Positions 10,105 through 17,511 of a DNA stretch of 32,000 nt are shown piece by piece. The stretch comes from Candidatus Lokiarchaeum ossiferum (lineage in GTDB: Archaea > Asgardarchaeota > Lokiarchaeia > Sigyniarchaeales > Promethearchaeaceae). The position numbers and the translations under genes are program-made. The stretch lies in NCBI GenBank assembly GCA_025839675.1, contig CP104013.1, positions 1,380,001 through 1,412,000 of the forward strand, given 5' to 3'. The notes beneath the pieces were generated by a model. It was given only the letters and a program-made list of their open reading frames with translations. It was not told the origin of the DNA and made no database searches. Numbering within the stretch: position 1 is the first letter of the stretch; each line of letters begins with the position of its first letter.

Positions 10105-10857
10105 TTATTTCTGCGCAATTATTAAGTAACGCTGGCTTTCAATATCGAGAAATCCTTTTTTTTGTATTTTTTGATGCAATTCATATAATTTATCCTTATA
10201 TAATTCAATTGTGAAATTTGGAATTTGCCAAGGTATTGCTTTGAAATAATAGACCATAGCTCCAATGTCGAAAATCCGTGTTATATATTTTAAGGAACGT
10301 TTTGTATGGATTTTTAATCCATTATCCGCCAATTGATTGGCTAAAAAATCAACAGTCCAATTTGGATCATAATCCTCTGGATTAGGTGCTCCAAGCATTT
10401 GGTTTAACATGATATCATTATCGGGGCCTACTTGTTGGGTGATAAAGCAACCTTGGGGTTGAAGAACTCGAGCAACTTCCGAGGCATTATAATATTCATG
10501 GCGATTAATGATCAAATCAAATTGTCCATCAGTAAAAGGAAGCTTATTTTCATCTTCCAATGAAATCACAGATATTCCCCTAGGTTGTAACCGAGATTTT
10601 GCAATAGGGATGTTAGGAGCGTAGCACTCTGTGGCAACGGTTTTGGAAGGAAAAGGAAGGATACTTAAAAATTCCCCACCACCAGTTCCCATATCCAAAA
10701 GTGATTTAGATTGCAGTAAATAAGGGATAATCAGAGAATGATAGCTCCACTCTTTAACCGACTCAACAAATCGATTATTTATGTAAGAAAAATCCCATCC
10801 TTGAAAATTTTGGGAAATTTCCTTTAGATAAAATTCAAAATTTCTTTCCATAATCAA
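10105..10857 (-). CDS. Class I SAM-dependent methyltransferase
   Basis: Motif I LLDMGTGGGEFL with a downstream acidic/hydrophobic block (DLIINRHEYY). 250 aa. Confidence 0.8.
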   Translation of the reverse strand: MIMERNFEFYLKEISQNFQGWDFSYINNRFVESVKEWSYHSLIIPYLLQSKSLLDMGTGGGEFLSILPFPSKTVATECYAPNIPIAKSRLQPRGISVISLEDENKLPFTDGQFDLIINRHEYYNASEVARVLQPQGCFITQQVGPDNDIMLNQMLGAPNPEDYDPNWTVDFLANQLADNGLKIHTKRSLKYITRIFDIGAMVYYFKAIPWQIPNFTIELYKDKLYELHQKIQKKGFLDIESQRYLIIAQK

Positions 10858-10922
10858 TAAACCTACTCAATTCATGGTATTTGATATATTTTAGTAAAAA
10901 AAAGTCAAACGATAGAGAAGAA

Positions 10923-11990
10923 TCAAATTTTTCGACTTAGAAGCTTGAAATCAAACTTCCGGAGATATTTTATTTGATTTAACACATACTTCCGTGGATT
11001 AGGACTTTTCCCCAAAATATCGTGTGAATTGAGAAAAGTATACTTCGCCACTTTATCTTCTTTATATTCACTGTAATTCTGGAAAGCGGAGAGCAACACT
11101 GCATCATATTTATTATGAAAGAGTAATACAGTGGAAGAAGAGTTTAAATTATCCACAATTTCAGGTGTTATCGGAGAATTCGGAAGAAAACGGAAATGGT
11201 AATAGACTAAAAGATCATAGTCAAGCAATACTAAGTTCGGAATGATTACTTTTCTCATCAAACCTTCACTCAAATAGCGCTCCCGTAATTTTGAAACAGT
11301 ATGTCTATTCAATTTCACAGTCTCTAACTCTGAAATTTCTTTTATGGATTTATCTGGAAAATCAACTAAAGCAACAAAAACGGCTTTATCATTCTCGGAG
11401 AGATTCACCAATTCAGAATTATCGAAGTAAGAAACAGGAGAGTCTTCAATTGCATCGAAATTCAGTTGGTTTATATCAATGTTGAAATTCTTTTGTAATA
11501 AATAAGAATAATCGAAGAAATTTAGGACTTTTGAGGAATTTATAGAAAAAGTTACATTTTCTGGTAAAGCTTTGGTTATTAACTTCAATTTTCCCATTAT
11601 TTCAGTTCTCTCATGAGTATTCGAAATAAACTCGGTATAATTCTTGTTGAAACTAATCGAAAATTCTTTCTCTGCTTCACCTAATCTCAAAAATATATCA
11701 TTCGATGATTTTATTTTGGCCATAATATTCATTCGTTTAGCAGGAGTCAGTTTCAAATTGTATTCAGCGAAATTAATACTTAAAATCTCAAAACCCAATC
11801 GATTGAGGATCGGTACATACACCACTTGAAACATCTTGCGCTTCTCAAGTTGATTGCGACAATAGTTTACAGTAGAATCTTTAATTTTCAGGACTTCCGC
11901 CAGCTCTCTATCATTCCGGTTGGGAAATCGGACCATACCATAAAGGACTAATTCTTCATTATGCGAAAGGGTTTTTTGAATGGCAGCCAT
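10923..11990 (-). CDS. Putative transcriptional regulator with two tandem wHTH-containing modules
   Basis: Two internally homologous segments are visible about 189 aa apart: LSHNEELVLYGMVRFPNRNDRELAEVL... and LSENDKAVFVALVDFPDKSIKEISELE.... Each is followed by an HTH-like stretch and a beta-rich segment. Confidence 0.55.
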   Translation of the reverse strand: MAAIQKTLSHNEELVLYGMVRFPNRNDRELAEVLKIKDSTVNYCRNQLEKRKMFQVVYVPILNRLGFEILSINFAEYNLKLTPAKRMNIMAKIKSSNDIFLRLGEAEKEFSISFNKNYTEFISNTHERTEIMGKLKLITKALPENVTFSINSSKVLNFFDYSYLLQKNFNIDINQLNFDAIEDSPVSYFDNSELVNLSENDKAVFVALVDFPDKSIKEISELETVKLNRHTVSKLRERYLSEGLMRKVIIPNLVLLDYDLLVYYHFRFLPNSPITPEIVDNLNSSSTVLLFHNKYDAVLLSAFQNYSEYKEDKVAKYTFLNSHDILGKSPNPRKYVLNQIKYLRKFDFKLLSRKI

Positions 11991-12047
11991 AATTAAATAT
12001 CACACTCATTAAGCGGTAAGAAAAAAAAATCAGATAAAATTTGGGAT

Positions 12048-14048
12048 TTATTGAGCAAGTTTTTCATCCACAAGCTTTTCAATTAATCCATCTTCAGGAA
12101 TTTCGGGTATGGTAATATGACCCCGACTACGAGAGTTCCATTCGGTAGCAGTACTGACAGCATTGGGATTTCTTGCCCAAGCCCGTCGTGCTACACCACA
12201 ATGCACATCCCAATCAAGCGCCATTTCGATAATTGTGTCCACCCGTTCACTTCCATCGAGAACTAAACCGAAACCACCATTGATAACTTTTCCGGTTCCC
12301 ACCCCTCCACCATTGGAGAGAACACACATAGTCATCCCACGAGTAGCATCTCCTGCCCAACAATGGTGTGCCATATCTGCCATAATGTTGCTTCCATCTT
12401 TAATATTCGAAGTTTCACGGAAGGGACTGTCAGTTCCAGATACGTCATGATGATCACGCCCTAGCATTACGGGCCCAATTTCACCATTTCGAACCATTTC
12501 ATTAAATTTCAATGCAATTTTCACCCGGCCTTGCCCATCAGCATATAAAATACGTGCTTGGGTCCCAACAACTAACCTATTCTTTTCCGCATCACGAATC
12601 CATGTCCAATTATCGCGATCCTGACCTCGACGATTTGGATCAATGCAGCTCATAGCCATCTGATCTGTTTTGATTAGATCTTCATGTTTTCCACTCAAGC
12701 AGACCCAGCGGAATGGCCCATAACCAAAATCAAAGCATAATGGCCCCATAATATCTTCCACATAGGAAGGATAAATAAAGCCATTTTTAGGGTCTTCTTT
12801 GATGGCAATATCTTTAGCTCCTGCATCATACACGGCTTTCAAGAAAGAATTACCATAATCCCAGAATTTAGTTCCCCGTTCAGACATAATTTTGATCAGT
12901 TCATATTGCTTTCTTAGTGATTCATCAACTTTCTGATTAAACAATGATCGGTTAGACTTCAATAATTCTCTTCCCTCTTCAAAGCTAATTCCTGCGGGAG
13001 TATAACCTCCTTCATAAACCGCATGGCAACTTGTTTGATCAGAAGCCAATTCAACATTCAGATTCTTGTCTACAACATATTGCCATAAATCTACCACATT
13101 TCCATGATAAGCTATTGAAAGACGTTCTTTTTTCTGGCGGTATTCTTCAACCCATGCAAAAATTTCATCTAAATTATCGGACACTTTTGCAACCCAACCT
13201 TGTTCATGACGGGTTTGAATTCGTGAATAATCAACTTCAGCCGTGATACTAATAGCCCCTGAAATATCGGCGGCTTTGGGTTGCGCACCACTCATCCCTC
13301 CTAATCCACTACTAATATACAACACACCGGATAAATCTTCATCCTGGGCATGTCCTAAATATAATCTCCCAGCATTCAATAATGTTATATAAGTCCCATG
13401 AACTATACCTTGCGGTCCAATGTACATCCAACCCCCAGCAGTCATTTGACCATAGTTAGATACACCTAAGGCTTGTGCTCTTTGAAAATCTTCAGGATTA
13501 TCATACATACCGATCATTAACCCATTAGAAAAAATAACACGAGGGGCATTTCTTTTAGTTGGAAATAATCCTAAGGGATGACCAGACATAACAACTAGTG
13601 TCTGATCAGGTTCCATAATTTCAAGATATTTCTTAATCATACAATATTGCATCCAATTTTGGCAAACTTGTCCCGATTCACCATAAGTAACCAATTCGTA
13701 GGGGTAAAGAGCAATATCAAAATCGAGATTATTGTCAATCATAACCTGAATGCCTTGAGCTTCTGGAATCCCTTTATATTCAGTAAGAGGTTTGCCCTTC
13801 AATGGCCCTTTTGGGCGATAACGATAACCATAAATACGTCCTTTTGTCATTAGCTCTTCTAAGAATTCCGGAGCAAGGGTAGCATGCAATTCTTTTGGAA
13901 CATAGCGCAAAGCATTTTTCACGGCGATAATGGTCTCATCGTGAGTGAGATTATAGCCCCGATTTGGAGCCCGTCGATATTGGGGATCAAATATCGGATC
14001 GGCGGGGAGGACCGAGGGTAATTTTAAATCTGTGATGGTGGTTTTCAT
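12048..14048 (-). CDS. hutU: Urocanate hydratase (urocanase), long form
   Basis: 666 aa with the conserved urocanase blocks QMTAGGWMYIGPQGIVHGTYITLLNAG, GLGGMSGAQPKA, GPVMLGRDHHDVSGTDSPFRETSN and GGGVGTGKVINGGFG. Confidence 0.9.
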   Translation of the reverse strand: MKTTITDLKLPSVLPADPIFDPQYRRAPNRGYNLTHDETIIAVKNALRYVPKELHATLAPEFLEELMTKGRIYGYRYRPKGPLKGKPLTEYKGIPEAQGIQVMIDNNLDFDIALYPYELVTYGESGQVCQNWMQYCMIKKYLEIMEPDQTLVVMSGHPLGLFPTKRNAPRVIFSNGLMIGMYDNPEDFQRAQALGVSNYGQMTAGGWMYIGPQGIVHGTYITLLNAGRLYLGHAQDEDLSGVLYISSGLGGMSGAQPKAADISGAISITAEVDYSRIQTRHEQGWVAKVSDNLDEIFAWVEEYRQKKERLSIAYHGNVVDLWQYVVDKNLNVELASDQTSCHAVYEGGYTPAGISFEEGRELLKSNRSLFNQKVDESLRKQYELIKIMSERGTKFWDYGNSFLKAVYDAGAKDIAIKEDPKNGFIYPSYVEDIMGPLCFDFGYGPFRWVCLSGKHEDLIKTDQMAMSCIDPNRRGQDRDNWTWIRDAEKNRLVVGTQARILYADGQGRVKIALKFNEMVRNGEIGPVMLGRDHHDVSGTDSPFRETSNIKDGSNIMADMAHHCWAGDATRGMTMCVLSNGGGVGTGKVINGGFGLVLDGSERVDTIIEMALDWDVHCGVARRAWARNPNAVSTATEWNSRSRGHITIPEIPEDGLIEKLVDEKLAQ

Positions 14049-14463
14049 AATTGATCAAATAAAGTTGCATTTCGAACCATTTAAAATTTTCTTAAAAATT
14101 CCACAAAAAATTCAAAAAATATGCAATAGAAGTAAAAAAAAAGTGACTTTTTTTGAAAGTGTCAAAGAATTATGTGGGAAAAAGGCATCACGAAATTATT
14201 TTTTCAATGGAGAAAGGGAAGTTTGAATTGAACTTGATTATAAACTGTTTTTCATAGAATTTTTGATTCAAAATGATGTTCCCTAGTCAATTATTATTTT
14301 TATAAGAAAAAAGGTTATGCTGTGAATGCATTAATCCCAAACAAGTAGAAAGCATTTTTAAAAAAAGGAGCCAAGTTTATAAATTGAGATTACTCATCTA
14401 GCTCCAAGCTAAAATATGTTTCAATAATCCATTGGATAAAGAAATAAAAGGGGAGATTGAGAA

Positions 14464-15027
14464 ATGGGATTCTTTCATGAAAAAGAAAATGTAGAAAAAT
14501 ATATTAAAATGGCAGAAGGCTTTGATGGAAAAGAATTAATTAAAGAATTAACCGATTTCTTACCAACCCAATCCTCAATACTTGAAATTGGGATAGGTCC
14601 TGGAGTCGATTTTCTTATTTTGGAACAATATTTTCAAGTCACAGGATCAGATAACTCGCAAGTATTTGTAGATCGTTTTAAGCAAAGACATCCGAGCGCC
14701 AATGTATTGAATTTGGATGCTGTTTCCCTAAAAACAGAGATTAAATATCAAGGGCTTTATTCCAACAAGGTTTTACATCATCTCTCCCGAGATCAACTTA
14801 AGCAATCGATTCTAAGGCAAGCGGATATATTGCAAACCAATGGAATAATTTGTCATTCATTCTGGCAAGGAGATAAAGAGGAAAATATGGATGGACTCCT
14901 ATTTATATACTATACAATGGAACAACTTCAAGCATTGTTTCAAGAGCATTTTCAAATTCTCAAAATGGAACAATATCAAGAGATGGAACCAAATGATTCT
15001 ATCTATTTAATTGCCAAAAAAAAATAA
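14464..15027 (+). CDS. Class I SAM-dependent methyltransferase
   Basis: Motif I ILEIGIGPGVDF. 187 aa. Preceded by GGGGAGATTGAGAA before the ATG. Confidence 0.75.
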   Translation: MGFFHEKENVEKYIKMAEGFDGKELIKELTDFLPTQSSILEIGIGPGVDFLILEQYFQVTGSDNSQVFVDRFKQRHPSANVLNLDAVSLKTEIKYQGLYSNKVLHHLSRDQLKQSILRQADILQTNGIICHSFWQGDKEENMDGLLFIYYTMEQLQALFQEHFQILKMEQYQEMEPNDSIYLIAKKK

Positions 15028-15100
15028 TTACTGCCTCCATTGTTCGGGCAAAAAACTTATGATCCAAATATTTTTTTTAACTCTACCTCCGCTTTTAATC

Positions 15101-15862
15101 ATGAATACTGAACATTCAAAATTTTCTCAAAATTTCCAAGTAAGATATGGGGAAGTTAATCAATCGGGGCAACTGATGATTCACCACTTATTTAATTATA
15201 TGCAAGAAATTGCATTCAATCATGCAGATGCACTAGCCAATACTATAGAGGGAAAATCACACTTTGATTTTGCAGTTGTATGGACTAGGATGAAGTTAGA
15301 AGTGGAAAAAATCCCAAATTGGAAAGAAAATCTAACCATTTCAACATGGATCTCACCTTTAAAAGACCAACAACGTTTTGCGTTTAGAAATTTTGCAATT
15401 TTCAATCAATCCGGCCAAAAAATAGGAAAGGGGTATGGTTCGTTACTCTTTTTTGATTTAAAACAAAGAAAAGCCGTAGGAGTACCAAAGGATGTTGAGA
15501 ATTATCCGACTCATGAAGAACCAGGGGATTCCCATCATTTTTCACAAATTGATATTAATGTTTCCGAGAAGAAGGATACTTCATTTTCTACGAATTTTCA
15601 AGATCTTGATATTTATCGTCATGTGAACAATGTCAAATATATTGAGTGGGCATTTAATGAAGTGAAACCAGAAATATATAAATTATATATTCCTTCTTCA
15701 GTAGAAATAAACTTTCTAAAAGAACTACGACTCGGAGAGTCAGTCTGTGTCCAAACGGAATATCTTGAGGGAAGCTCTGAATTGTTAATTAAACATTTAA
15801 TCTATAAAGAAGAAAGTGGAGTCAAAATTGCCCAACTTCAGACATCTTGGAAAAAAAAATAG
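15101..15862 (+). CDS. Acyl-ACP thioesterase-like double hotdog protein
   Basis: VRYGEVNQSGQLMIHHLFNYMQEIAFNHADAL and DLDIYRHVNNVKYIEWAF match the two halves of the acyl-ACP thioesterase (FatA/B-like) fold. I placed the start at Met31 (15101) because the tracked start at 15011 overlaps the previous gene. Confidence 0.7.
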   Translation: MNTEHSKFSQNFQVRYGEVNQSGQLMIHHLFNYMQEIAFNHADALANTIEGKSHFDFAVVWTRMKLEVEKIPNWKENLTISTWISPLKDQQRFAFRNFAIFNQSGQKIGKGYGSLLFFDLKQRKAVGVPKDVENYPTHEEPGDSHHFSQIDINVSEKKDTSFSTNFQDLDIYRHVNNVKYIEWAFNEVKPEIYKLYIPSSVEINFLKELRLGESVCVQTEYLEGSSELLIKHLIYKEESGVKIAQLQTSWKKK

Positions 15863-15923
15863 TCAATAATTAAACCCTTTTTTGTTATTATTCAGCATTT
15901 TGTCTCCATTTTGTTGGTTTAGT

Positions 15924-17264
15924 TTATGATGAAGAGATAATTTCATCCTTAGAAAGGATATATTGATTCGCAATTTGTAAAGAAGCGAGCACAGCTTCCA
16001 ACTCGATTTTATCAGGGGTATCTTCCATAGTATGATATACTAAATGGTCACGTATCACATGATTTTCCATCCCCAATAATGTTGTAGCTTCAATGCCGTG
16101 CCTTCCAAATTCAGCTGCATCTGTGGCTCCTCCGCCCCAAGCAATCTTTCCCTTAGTGGTGGGATAACCTAATTCTTGAGCAATTTTTTGGCAATCTTCT
16201 ATCATTGAATCCGATAATTTGACAATTTGGTTGAGATCCGATTGTAAAAAGGATAATTCATCTACGTGGTAAATGCTATCCATGTTAAAGAGAAACGTGG
16301 GTACTGATCGCAATTCCTTTAGATGATGTTTTACATAAGCGCGTGAACCTCTAATTCCTGCTTCTTCAGAGTCGAAACTAATAAATACCAATTCAGTGTG
16401 ATTAAGAGGGTTTTTACCGGCTTTTTTGGCAGTTCCATATAATTCCGCCAGTTTGCATGTTATAGCAACAGCAATCATATTATCTCCAGCACCAGGAGAG
16501 ACTTCCTTACTATTGAAGAAATAGAATTGTAAAACTGCGGGAGACCCTACCAGCAAGATTAGGGGTAAGTAATTAACAAACTGTGGAATAGTTCCAGTAA
16601 AAATATCAATTATTGCCCATGCGAGAAGTAATCCATTAATTCCAAAAAATATCAATAGACCCGTAATAATACGAGGGCCGTACCATTTCTGCAACTTTGG
16701 GTTGGCCATAAAATTCATCACCTTGGCACTATCATGATGTCCAGCTACAATTACACGTCTTTTTATTTCATTTTTCGGTGATATCTTCCCAATGATATTG
16801 GTTCCAGATTTTTTCTTGAAAAGAAAATTGAAGGTTTCTTTATATTGAACGAAATGGAGATAAGCATAAAGAGTTGCAAACGAAAAGCCTAAAGCCGCCA
16901 AATAGATCCCAGCTCTCCCAATCAGTAAAAGAGATGAAAAACAAACATATACAATACCAAATATTTTCATGAATGCCATGAAGGAATTTGGACATGTTTC
17001 AAATTGTTCTTTGGTTGTTGTATCGCAATATTTTGATAAATTTGCATGAATAGCATCACCTGCTTTTTCACAAGCAGTAGTTCCGGTCAACCGAGGCCCA
17101 AAATCATCAATGATGTCAGATGTAAAAGTTAAAGCATCCTTAGCATCTGTTGTGTGAATCATGACAGTTGTATCAAGCAATTTTGGATAAATTGTCCGAA
17201 TATTTGTTTTCTGGTCTTCAATATGATTATAAATTTCAGTATGAACAAGAGTTTTGTATGTCAT
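15924..17264 (-). CDS. M28-family metallopeptidase with integral membrane segments
   Basis: M28 zinc-ligand blocks VIVAGHHDS and ISFDSEEAGIRGSRAYV, plus a C-terminal HT..D block. Several hydrophobic helices are present (FGIVYVCFSSLLLIG, IYLAALGFSFATLYAYL, ITGLLIFFGINGLLLAWAII, LPLILLVGSPAVLQFYFF). Confidence 0.8.
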   Translation of the reverse strand: MTYKTLVHTEIYNHIEDQKTNIRTIYPKLLDTTVMIHTTDAKDALTFTSDIIDDFGPRLTGTTACEKAGDAIHANLSKYCDTTTKEQFETCPNSFMAFMKIFGIVYVCFSSLLLIGRAGIYLAALGFSFATLYAYLHFVQYKETFNFLFKKKSGTNIIGKISPKNEIKRRVIVAGHHDSAKVMNFMANPKLQKWYGPRIITGLLIFFGINGLLLAWAIIDIFTGTIPQFVNYLPLILLVGSPAVLQFYFFNSKEVSPGAGDNMIAVAITCKLAELYGTAKKAGKNPLNHTELVFISFDSEEAGIRGSRAYVKHHLKELRSVPTFLFNMDSIYHVDELSFLQSDLNQIVKLSDSMIEDCQKIAQELGYPTTKGKIAWGGGATDAAEFGRHGIEATTLLGMENHVIRDHLVYHTMEDTPDKIELEAVLASLQIANQYILSKDEIISSS

Positions 17265-17511
17265 TCGAAATATTCACATCCTAGTTTTGTAGATTTTTCA
17301 ATTATAAATTGTTATATCTACTTAGTAGATCTAACAAACCTTTTTAAATTTTTGTTCTGCCTACATAGCAAAGTAGGAAAAGAGTCTTGATGAGAAAGAG
17401 TCTTCTTATTAAGTTTTTGGAAAACACCAAAAATTGCACTTATTGTGCAAAATTGGTTAATTAGAATCTCACTAAACAGATTCCTTCCAATTTATAAAAT
17501 GCAAATGAACC

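Noticed and set aside
14032-14226. 64-aa ORF in the long (415 bp) hutU / methyltransferase spacer, and possible ncRNA there
   Set aside because: The ORF overlaps the hutU start and is Lys/Phe-rich low complexity. I found no convincing stem-loops or GC-rich structured segment in 14049-14463 that would suggest a tRNA or riboswitch.
15011-15100. 30-codon N-terminal extension of the thioesterase ORF
   Set aside because: It overlaps the end of the methyltransferase gene and encodes a non-homologous segment. The hotdog homology starts right after Met31.
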